NCBI GenBank assembly: GCA_045541795.1
Contig: JAZQJV010000018.1
Span: 197,134-261,133 of the forward strand
From: Patescibacteria group bacterium
GTDB taxonomy: Bacteria; Patescibacteriota; Microgenomatia; UBA1400; PJMF01
Direction: 5' to 3'
Length of the DNA: 64,000 bases
The notes beneath the pieces are model-generated. The model was not told the DNA's origin. It searched no databases and worked only from the letters and a program-made list of their open reading frames with translations. Made by a program: the position numbers and the translations under genes. Shown here in pieces: positions 28,974 to 37,195 of the stretch (positions are counted from its first letter, which is position 1; the number at the start of each line of letters is the position of its first letter).

Positions 28974-30227
28974 TTGAATGGTATCATGATCGTCGATCAA
29001 GGTGAAGTCTGGTTTGAAAGCCGCCGTCAGCAATATGTAGACAGTAATGACTGGCAGCTTTATGAGCGCCTCCTGACAGCTTATTTTGACGCCCGTCGCC
29101 ACAAACGCTCTACCAATAATCAGCTGGCATTTGAAATTGATTTGCTTCATCACGTCCAAGAACTATACGACGCCATCCATGATCGTCACTATACCCTCGA
29201 GCCTGGCATTGCTTTTGTGGTAGACGACCCCAAGCCACGCGAGATTTTGGCCGCCTCTTTCCGCGATCGGGTCGTCCATCATTTTGTCTGCAGTCTCATG
29301 ACACCGTACTGGGAGCCGCGTTTTATCGCCGACTCATATTCTTGCCGGGTGGGCAAAGGTACGCACTACGCGATCGCCCGGGCCCACAAGCACGCCCAGC
29401 GCCTCACGCACAATTACCGCGATGAAGCCTGGGTACTCAAACTCGATCTCAAGTGTTATTTTATGTACATTGACAAAGCCGTCTTGTGGGAGCTGATCCA
29501 GCCGATGTTTACGGCTGATGAGGATGCGCTCGCGGCCGGGCGCATCAGTGAGGAAGAGGCCCGCTATCATCTGGTACGCGGTTTTAATGACTATTTTGCG
29601 GCTGTTTTGGAATATTTGTTGCGGATCATTATTTTTTCCTGCCCGATGCTGAGCGTCCAGCTGCGGGGCAGACTTGATCGCTGGACGCTCCTTCCTGCCG
29701 AAAAAACCCTATTTATCGCGCCTTTTTGGCGCGGTTTTCCAATTGGTAATCTCACCAGTCAGCTGTTTTCCAATATTTATCTGCATGCTTTGGACTGTTT
29801 TATCAAATATCGGCTAGGCTTTACTCACTACGGCCGCTACGTAGACGATTTATACATGATGGATACGGATAAAACCCGCCTTAAGCGCGCCCGCACGGCT
29901 ATCGGTAAGTTTTTGGCCGACACACTTCATTTGCGCCTTCATCCTACCAAGGTGATTTTACAGCCCGTCAAGTACGGCTTTCCTTTTGTTGGTGGGGTAG
30001 TGCGTCCGCACTCCTGCGTGCCTACTCGCCGTTTCCAAAAACGCTACCAAAAATTTATGACCGGCCACTCTGCCCGGCATTACACCGAGTATCAGCGCTC
30101 CCGCATCGCTAGTTACCAAGGTCATGATACCAAGATCCGCCATCTGCCCGAGCCCAAGCGCACGCTCACACAAAAAAGGCTCAAAAGACTAGCCGACCAG
30201 CAGCAAGCGTGTATTTATCACCGCTAA
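28974..30227 (+). CDS. Diversity-generating retroelement reverse transcriptase
   Basis: RT motifs FRDRVVHH (1/2), SYSCRVGKGTHYA (3), LDLKCYFMYI (A), DGR-specific IGNLTSQLFSNIYL (motif 4, 29742-29762) and YVDD (29838-29849). Confidence 0.85.
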   Translation: MNGIMIVDQGEVWFESRRQQYVDSNDWQLYERLLTAYFDARRHKRSTNNQLAFEIDLLHHVQELYDAIHDRHYTLEPGIAFVVDDPKPREILAASFRDRVVHHFVCSLMTPYWEPRFIADSYSCRVGKGTHYAIARAHKHAQRLTHNYRDEAWVLKLDLKCYFMYIDKAVLWELIQPMFTADEDALAAGRISEEEARYHLVRGFNDYFAAVLEYLLRIIIFSCPMLSVQLRGRLDRWTLLPAEKTLFIAPFWRGFPIGNLTSQLFSNIYLHALDCFIKYRLGFTHYGRYVDDLYMMDTDKTRLKRARTAIGKFLADTLHLRLHPTKVILQPVKYGFPFVGGVVRPHSCVPTRRFQKRYQKFMTGHSARHYTEYQRSRIASYQGHDTKIRHLPEPKRTLTQKRLKRLADQQQACIYHR

Positions 30228-30482
30228 AAAGGGCTTTTTTAGTGTAAAATTAAATGGACGAAAGTCGCTCTTTGATAGCTGACGCCGTGCCCGCCCGCGT
30301 AAAATCAACTCTCGGGTGGAAGAAATCCAGCACAAAAGACCAGCCTGCTGCCGGCTTGCCGAGCGTGATAGGTATTTTGGTACCGGGGCCGCCAGGCCCG
30401 AGGGGTAATCACAAGTGGTCTGCAGTTATTTTTTTCACGTATACTGCACCAGCTGACCGTCCGCCGGTACGGTGATGACGGC

Positions 30483-30655
30483 AAAAAACTGCCGTCGGCC
30501 TGATCAACCAGGGGTCGAACGCGAACTATTGGTCCTCTACTGCTAGGTCTACTACCAACGCCTACAACTTGAACGTGAACAGCTCGAACGTGAAACCCCT
30601 AGGCAACAATCCGGGCAACAACAAGTACTACGGCTTTTCGGTTCGCTGCAATGCT
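30483..30655 (+). repeat. DGR template repeat (TR)
   Basis: Non-coding copy of VR lying 255 bp downstream of the RT gene. Rich in AAC codons in the VR frame (aac x10, aat x2, aaa x1 at variable sites). Confidence 0.9.
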
Positions 30656-30698
30656 GTCATCAGCTCACGGCGTCAGCCAAGGAGTCAGAAATTGACCC

Positions 30699-30728
30699 TT
30701 GACAACACCCCAGCCACGATCTATAATG
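30699..30728 (+). promoter_or_regulatory. Strong sigma70-like promoter (TTGACA-N18-TATAAT) with no downstream protein-coding gene
   Basis: attgacccTTGACAacaccccagccacgatcTATAATg. The next 490 bp on the + strand contain only short, low-complexity ORFs. Confidence 0.55.
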
Positions 30729-31216
30729 AACGCACATCTAAATCGTAGCAAAGAGGATTTTGAAGTTCGGTGTAGATTCAATCTCCTACTGCTAATTAGA
30801 AATCGAGCTTACGTAGATTTCTTCTTACCGTACGTAAGGTTCTGTAACAGCGTGTGGAGTCCAACGTCAAGCGCTTGGATGCGACCTGGTATCGGTTTCA
30901 TGTCTTCAGTCTTTCTCTTTCTTGTCTGAGGTTTCTTGCTGCCGGTAGTGGTGGGGTTGAATTGCGGATGCATTTGGGAAGCGAACTCACACCCGCTCGC
31001 ACACGCTCGCGCGGGCAGCACGCCGTTTGCAGGATAATTGCAGAAGAAATTAATTTTCCAGGCGTCATGCATATTTTCCGGGGGAAGAGACGAGCAAACT
31101 GCCGTTGGTGACCAAAAGGAGTTTTCATCCGAACTTTTAGACCTTTTAAATCACGATCATGACGTTATCGCTCGTGAGTATTATACCATGAAAAAGTTGC
31201 TTGATGAGATTAAAAA

Positions 31217-32350
31217 TCAAGGTAGGTCTAGGTGAGCAATAATTTCCTCCTCACTTGGCAAAACATTTTGTAGGCTGTAGGTCGAAATGCCGACTGGTTG
31301 CCCACTTTTCTCGACTGTCCACTGGGCAACGACACTGTTTTTCTCTTTACAGATTAAAAGTCCGATAGTCTGCTTGTCCTGAGGAGTTTTGATCAGATGA
31401 TCGACGGCATTACAATAGAAATTTAATTTGCTGACAAATTCCGGTTGGAATTTTACTACTTTGAGTTCCACCACGATAAAACGTCGCAGTTTATAGTGAT
31501 AAAACAGTAGATCAGGGGCATACTCGTCGCCATTTACAACTAGCGGTACTTGCCTGCCCACATAAGCAAAGCCCGTGCCGAGTGTGAGTAAAAATTGCGT
31601 AAGATTGTTTTCAATTGCCTGCTGTAGGTCTTTTTCTTGATAATTTCTTCTCAAAGTCAGAAAATCTAATTTGTAATTATCTCGCAGAATTTCCCGAGCC
31701 AAATCACCCTCTGTCTTGGGTAGTGTAAGGGAGAAATTGTTGATTGTCTTGCCTCTTGTCTGGTAAAGTTTGGTATCAAGCATATTAAGCAGTGTTGCTC
31801 GACTCCAGTTGTTTTCTCTTACCTGAGCAATAAAAAACAATGCCTCATTCAGTGATTTGACTTTGGTAAAAATTTCGATGTGATGCCGCCATGGGATAGT
31901 AAAGATAATGTCTAAATGTTCATCTTTCCAATGGTCAATAGACGCTGTCTGCGATTCTGCATCAGGCTGGTGCAAAATTAAACCCATGGTAGATTCGTCA
32001 CCGAGTTGGTGACGACTTGGCAAACCCTTGAACTCTGCACCAAGTTGGTGCAGAATTGGGCTGTAGAACTCGTAAAACCGTTTCATATAGCGGATATTTC
32101 TTGCAGAGAAACCTTGTGCATCAGGAAATTCCACTTTAAGATCACGACTTAAATTATCGTAAAAACGACTGCCGTATTTGTTGTCAAACTGCTTAGTAGT
32201 AATATCTCTCCCTATCCGCCAGTAAAGTCGCAGCATCTGTTCATTAACAGCAATACTGGCTTTGATTTGAGTGTGAGCAATGTCCTTCTTGAGCGTTGAT
32301 AACCAGTGAACGTATTCTTGATTTTTGCTCGCCAATAATTCACTAGACAT
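31217..32350 (-). CDS. YhcG-like PDDEXK-fold nuclease (DUF1016 family)
   Basis: N-terminal DUF1016 region and C-terminal PD-(D/E)xK-like core (APDLLFYHYKLRRFIVVELKVVKFQPEFVSKLNFY). Confidence 0.65.
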   Translation of the reverse strand: MSSELLASKNQEYVHWLSTLKKDIAHTQIKASIAVNEQMLRLYWRIGRDITTKQFDNKYGSRFYDNLSRDLKVEFPDAQGFSARNIRYMKRFYEFYSPILHQLGAEFKGLPSRHQLGDESTMGLILHQPDAESQTASIDHWKDEHLDIIFTIPWRHHIEIFTKVKSLNEALFFIAQVRENNWSRATLLNMLDTKLYQTRGKTINNFSLTLPKTEGDLAREILRDNYKLDFLTLRRNYQEKDLQQAIENNLTQFLLTLGTGFAYVGRQVPLVVNGDEYAPDLLFYHYKLRRFIVVELKVVKFQPEFVSKLNFYCNAVDHLIKTPQDKQTIGLLICKEKNSVVAQWTVEKSGQPVGISTYSLQNVLPSEEEIIAHLDLP

Positions 32351-32456
32351 ATCAGACTTTCTTTTTTATACTTATAATTTACCATAAATAGTGCAAAATG
32401 TCAAATTTTCGTGCAACCTCAGTATATTTCGGAATAAAAATTCCTATCAAACAAAG

Positions 32457-33551
32457 CTATCTAAACTGACCGTTACAATAGTGATCTATTAAAATTCTTC
32501 TGTCAATTGAATCAGTCACTTCGTTATCAATAAATTGTGCACAACTAATGTCTGTTGATTCATGCAATAAAAACTCTGTAAATATCTTGAGAACAGTTTT
32601 TATTTCGCCTGTTTGATTATTTACTGTAAAACTCACACTATAACAATGTCCCATGCAGATATCACTAAAGGGGTTAATTGATGCATCAAATCTCTCAATG
32701 TGATTAGCGTGATCTTCGTCCGTGCTGATATCAGTGATACTTCTAATATGAATGTTTGATAAAGGATAGCTATATTCTTGTTTATCGAAATATTCATCAA
32801 CCGTACCATTAGTTTTTTGCGTGGCGGCGATCAATGAATTTCTTTGTTTTTCTTCAACTTCTTCAAACTCGTCCAGCATGCCCAATTCCCTTAAAGCTAC
32901 AGCATTTGCGTCAAATATTTGCATGTCTGAGTAATAGTATGTCAAAGAATATACTTTGCCGTCATATATGTATAATGCCAATCTATCTCCTTCTTCTATT
33001 CCACCAAAAGGATTACTTAATTGTCTGGTTTGATCTTCGATAAATCCTAACAACAATAGAGCTTTTTTGGCTTGTTCATAATAGAGTTCCATATTATCTT
33101 GATTAACTTCAATTATCCAATAGGCCAAATCGTGATCAGAACCAAAAGAATGTCTAAATTGTGGGCCACTCATAGTTAAAACAGGTTCTAGCGATTTTAA
33201 CCTCCACCAAGTATCGATGCCAACGCCATGCCAGCCTTTGGATTGGCCATATTCCCATCCATCATATAAAAGAAGATATTTTGAAATCTTTTGATTCAGT
33301 TGTGAAGAGCTTTGATTTGCACCCTCTAAATCATCATTTTTTTCTTTCAAATTAGTCAATTCATTTTCGCCAATATTGTCTAATTCCAAATCATGGTCGG
33401 ATGTCTCTTGTAAAGAATTTTTGTCTGACTTTTCTATGGTGAAATTTAAGTACATAGCTATCACAGTCAATATACATAACACTGCTAAAACAAATATAAC
33501 TATCCTTTTGTAAAAAGGCTCTATTGCAGTAGCTTTGTTATTATTTGGCAT
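32457..33551 (-). CDS. Hypothetical membrane-anchored acidic protein (364 aa) in AT-rich DNA
   Basis: Single N-terminal TM then an acidic soluble domain. Local GC is clearly lower than the surroundings. Same strand as yhcG, 106 bp upstream of it. Confidence 0.45.
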   Translation of the reverse strand: MPNNNKATAIEPFYKRIVIFVLAVLCILTVIAMYLNFTIEKSDKNSLQETSDHDLELDNIGENELTNLKEKNDDLEGANQSSSQLNQKISKYLLLYDGWEYGQSKGWHGVGIDTWWRLKSLEPVLTMSGPQFRHSFGSDHDLAYWIIEVNQDNMELYYEQAKKALLLLGFIEDQTRQLSNPFGGIEEGDRLALYIYDGKVYSLTYYYSDMQIFDANAVALRELGMLDEFEEVEEKQRNSLIAATQKTNGTVDEYFDKQEYSYPLSNIHIRSITDISTDEDHANHIERFDASINPFSDICMGHCYSVSFTVNNQTGEIKTVLKIFTEFLLHESTDISCAQFIDNEVTDSIDRRILIDHYCNGQFR

Positions 33552-33628
33552 ATCTGCATTATTACATCACGTTTATATTTCTTATTAATCAAGATTATTC
33601 ACGATTGCGACGAGAAAGACCCTTTTTG

Positions 33629-33702
33629 TGACCCCAAAGGGATTCGAACCCTTGATTTTTTGGATGAGAACCAAATGTCCTGGACCGCTAGACGATGGGG
33701 CC
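33629..33702 (-). tRNA. tRNA-Glu (anticodon CTC)
   Basis: Acceptor GGCCCCA/TGGGGTC. Anticodon stem TTTGG/CCAAA with loop TTCTCAT. T-arm GGGTTCGAATCCC. Confidence 0.8.
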
Positions 33703-33726
33703 ATTTTTTAAAGATGAGCTATTATA

Positions 33727-34821
33727 TCACGGAAAAAGCCCTCGTGCGCGAGCAATTTCCCACATGTGCGCATAAAAGTAGACATTATGGATCGCCGCCA
33801 GCCGTGCACAGCTGGTATCCTTGATCTTATATAAATGATGCAGGTATGCTCGTGAGTAGCGCTGACAGGTGTGACAGCCACAACCCGGATCTAGTGGGCG
33901 CTCATCGTGCGCGTATTTCGTCTTACCAAGGTCAAAAAGCTCATATATCTGGCCTGGCTTACTGCTCGAGACATAAAGCCGCCCGTGCCGGGCATCACGT
34001 GTGGGGAGCACACAGTCAAAAATCTGATAACCGGCTTTTGTCAGGGCGATAATTTCATCAGGTTTGCCAAAACCCATCGCGTAGCGAGGTAGCTCATCTG
34101 GCGTCAATCGGGCATTAGCGGCCGCCCATTCCAAATCTAGTCCGCCGCCAGGCAAAAACTTTGCCCCGCCCAGACAGTAACCATCAAAACCAATTGCCAC
34201 AAGTTCCTGGGCACACCACGCCCGTGCCTCCCAGTTGTCATGACCCTGGATCACCGCAAAAAGCAGTGGCCGCTCGGCCTCATCCAGCCGCCAGTAATGC
34301 AGCTGTCGCTCAAATTCCTGCTTGCAGCGTCTCGCCCAAGACACTGTCCGGCGCACACTTTCGCTCACACGCGCTGGGCTCGCCTCTGGTGGCGTATAAT
34401 CATCCAGACAAATTACGATGTCACTGCCCAGCGCAAACTGCATTGCCACCGAGTCCTCCGGCCGGAAAAGGAGCTTGGTTTGCTTTTTGGGCCCGGTGTA
34501 AGTCACCAGTCCCTTATCAGTAATTTTACCAAAGCCTGGGATTTTTTGGAAAAGTGAGTGTACCTGGAAACCGCCCGAATCACTAATCACCAAGCCGTCA
34601 TAGTTCATCAGTCGCTTCACCCCACCATGATCCACCATCCCGTCACGACCAGGAAAATCATGCAAGTGCCAAGTATTGACGATCAACCCTCGCACGCCGG
34701 TCGCATCCAGATCATCGCTGTCTAGACCCTTTACCACACCGCGCGTCGCGTCCGGGCAAAAAAGCGGCAAATTGTACTGCCGGCCCTTAATCACCAGTGA
34801 TTTTGGGGTGGTATCGCTCAT
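33727..34821 (-). CDS. tgt: Queuine tRNA-ribosyltransferase (tRNA-guanine transglycosylase)
   Basis: DSGGFQV substrate motif and zinc site CGCHTCQRYSRAYLHHL. Internal ATG at 34821 taken as start. Confidence 0.85.
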   Translation of the reverse strand: MSDTTPKSLVIKGRQYNLPLFCPDATRGVVKGLDSDDLDATGVRGLIVNTWHLHDFPGRDGMVDHGGVKRLMNYDGLVISDSGGFQVHSLFQKIPGFGKITDKGLVTYTGPKKQTKLLFRPEDSVAMQFALGSDIVICLDDYTPPEASPARVSESVRRTVSWARRCKQEFERQLHYWRLDEAERPLLFAVIQGHDNWEARAWCAQELVAIGFDGYCLGGAKFLPGGGLDLEWAAANARLTPDELPRYAMGFGKPDEIIALTKAGYQIFDCVLPTRDARHGRLYVSSSKPGQIYELFDLGKTKYAHDERPLDPGCGCHTCQRYSRAYLHHLYKIKDTSCARLAAIHNVYFYAHMWEIARARGLFP

Positions 34822-34828
34822 ACCTTCC

Positions 34829-35272
34829 TCAGCCGCAAAGCGGTATCCCGCGCGCATCCGCACGATACCCGGGGGCAGCAGACAGGATCAGCACCCCCTC
34901 GATAAATGCCCAAATTCCCACCGCAAAACTAGCAAGGAACAAGGTAAAAGGTCCGACGATCACGGCCAAAACTAGTTGGCAAATCGCCCGGGCATGATAG
35001 CCTAGATAAAAGTTATGCAAACCTAGACAGCCAAATAAAATCGCCAGGATACCAGCGACCGCCCGAGAGCGACGATCAGGCCGGTCATCGGCGACATAAT
35101 CCACGCATCCCGGATTGTCTACGTGATGAGAACTGCTTTTTACCTGACCGCTATAAGCCTTGCCGCCAGCCAAAAGCGCACCGCATGAGGGGCAATAATT
35201 ATCGTTTAAGCGTACTACCCGTCCACAACGATCACATTTTCGCTCTGGTAAGGTTGGATTTTTCTTGCCCAT
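34829..35272 (-). CDS. Zinc-ribbon plus TM2-domain membrane protein
   Basis: N-terminal CxxC...CxxC ribbon and TM2 signature GILAILFGCLGLHNFYLG. Confidence 0.6.
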   Translation of the reverse strand: MGKKNPTLPERKCDRCGRVVRLNDNYCPSCGALLAGGKAYSGQVKSSSHHVDNPGCVDYVADDRPDRRSRAVAGILAILFGCLGLHNFYLGYHARAICQLVLAVIVGPFTLFLASFAVGIWAFIEGVLILSAAPGYRADARGIPLCG

Positions 35273-35345
35273 ATCATCTTTCTAGTTACGACCGGCCTAA
35301 TATAGCACAAAGCGACTAACTTGTCAAGGACAGCTACCAACTACC

Positions 35346-35388
35346 CTATATTATATCACAAAAAGTCATTTTTGTCAAGAGGCAATTT
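35346..35388 (-). promoter_or_regulatory. Extended promoter motif (AAATTGCCTCTTGACAAAA-N-TGTGATATAAT) on minus strand
   Basis: -35 is the reverse complement of 35373-35378 and -10 the reverse complement of 35350-35355, spacing 17. Drives the TM2-tgt operon. Confidence 0.6.
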
Positions 35389-35458
35389 AGCCTGGAAAAG
35401 CAATTGAGGCTTGACAAGAAGATGCAGTAATGGTAAAATAACACCTTGAGAATTTTGT

Positions 35459-37195
35459 ATGTGGTCACAAATTAGGAAAATCTGGCAGTTCATCGGCGAG
35501 TATCGGCTCGCGACTTTGGCGACGCCGCTTTTGGCAGTGCTCGGTGCTGCAGCCGAGACAGCTGCTCCATTATTTATGGCAGCGATGCTCGACCAAGGCG
35601 TCACGCCAGGAGACATGGATAAGCTGGCCTGGTATGGGCTGTGGACGGTCATCTCATCGCTGGCAGCACTCGTGATTTCCTCACTGGCGGCCATATCTGC
35701 TGCCAAGGCGGGTGCCGGCTTTGCCAAAAACCTGCGCGCCGCCCTTTTTGCCAAAATCCAAGATTTTTCCTTTTATAATATTGACAAATTTTCGCCCGCC
35801 TCACTCATTACCAGGCTCACTTCAGACGTCAGCAGCCTGCAAAACTCATTTGTAATGCTCATCCGCATGGCCATCCGTGCGCCGGCAATCATCACACTGT
35901 CACTGTTGGTTTCATTTGGCCTCAATCGTCAATTATCACTGATTTTCCTGTTTTTGATGCCGGTCATCGTCATCGGCATGTATTTTATCACGACGCACGC
36001 TCATCCCCATTTCAAAAAGCTCTTCAAGATCTACGATAAACTCAACCTCGTGGTAGAAGAAAACATCCGCGGTATCCGGGTGGTCAAAACTTACGTCACT
36101 GCCAAGCGGGAAATTGCGAAATTTCGTCATGTGTCCGACGAGATCTACCAAGAATTTTCGCTGGCGGAAAAGATTTTGGCCCTCACTAGTCCCTTGATGG
36201 AATTTGTGACGTATACCTGCGTGCTCTTGATTGCTTGGTTTGGGGCGCATTTCATCGTGGCGGGCAGTTTTACCACGGGAGAACTTATAAGTCTCATCAA
36301 TTACGCCATGCATATCCTCATGAGCTTGATGATGCTTTCCATGATGATGGTGATGCTGGTGATGTCACGCTCGGCACTCGATCGGATTTGTGAAGTTTTA
36401 GACGAAAAAATTGACCTACAAAGCCCAGAAAATCCGCTTACCACCGTGCCAGACGGCCAAGTAGAGTTCCGGCGGGTGGGCTTTAGTTATGTCGGCGAGC
36501 GGGATCAGGAGTGCCTACAAGACATTACCTTGCAAATTCCTTCTGGTAGCACTCTGGGAATCATTGGCAGTACCGGCTCGGGTAAATCATCACTAGCACA
36601 GCTTATCCCCAGGCTTTATGACGTCACCTCTGGCAGTGTGGCGGTGGGCGGGCATGATGTGCGCGAGTATGACCTCAAAGCGCTGCGTCAAGCGGTGGCC
36701 ATGGTCCTGCAAAAAAATGTACTTTTTTCCGGCACCATCCGGCAAAATTTACGCTGGGGTAATAGTAAGGCCAGCGACAGCCAGCTGGAGGCGGCTTGTA
36801 AGCAAGCCCAGATCCATGACTTCATCATGAGCCTGCCTGATGGCTACGCCACCAAAGTGGAGCAGGGCGGAACCAATTTTTCTGGCGGTCAGCGCCAGCG
36901 TCTGTGCATCGCCCGCGCTTTGCTCAAAAAACCCAAAGTCTTGATCTTAGATGACTCCACCAGTGCTGTGGATACGCGCACCGAAAGCCTGATTCGTGAA
37001 GCCTGGCGCCACTCCATCCCCGATACCACGCTCATCATTATCGCTCAGCGCATCCTCTCCGTGCAAACTGCTGATCAGATTTTAGTGCTAGACGGCGGGC
37101 GGATCTCAGGCATCGGTACTCATGATGAACTGCTGGCGAAAAATCAGATCTACCAAGAAATTTACCATTCTCAAGTCAGAAAGGAGGAATCATGA
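35459..37195 (+). CDS. ABC transporter, fused permease/ATP-binding subunit (type I exporter)
   Basis: Six-TM domain then Walker A GSTGSGKSS, signature FSGGQRQRL and Walker B ILILDDSTSAVD. Confidence 0.85.
   Translation: MWSQIRKIWQFIGEYRLATLATPLLAVLGAAAETAAPLFMAAMLDQGVTPGDMDKLAWYGLWTVISSLAALVISSLAAISAAKAGAGFAKNLRAALFAKIQDFSFYNIDKFSPASLITRLTSDVSSLQNSFVMLIRMAIRAPAIITLSLLVSFGLNRQLSLIFLFLMPVIVIGMYFITTHAHPHFKKLFKIYDKLNLVVEENIRGIRVVKTYVTAKREIAKFRHVSDEIYQEFSLAEKILALTSPLMEFVTYTCVLLIAWFGAHFIVAGSFTTGELISLINYAMHILMSLMMLSMMMVMLVMSRSALDRICEVLDEKIDLQSPENPLTTVPDGQVEFRRVGFSYVGERDQECLQDITLQIPSGSTLGIIGSTGSGKSSLAQLIPRLYDVTSGSVAVGGHDVREYDLKALRQAVAMVLQKNVLFSGTIRQNLRWGNSKASDSQLEAACKQAQIHDFIMSLPDGYATKVEQGGTNFSGGQRQRLCIARALLKKPKVLILDDSTSAVDTRTESLIREAWRHSIPDTTLIIIAQRILSVQTADQILVLDGGRISGIGTHDELLAKNQIYQEIYHSQVRKEES

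Noticed and set aside
30254-30475. 73-aa ORF between the RT gene and TR
   Set aside because: No start context or domain. It lies in the RT-TR spacer, which is expected to be part of the non-coding TR transcript.
27588-30655. VR/TR pair as a simple recent duplication or assembly artefact
   Set aside because: A duplication would not restrict all 18 differences to positions where one copy has adenine. The copy with A also sits next to an RT with DGR-specific motifs, which fits a DGR rather than a random paralog.
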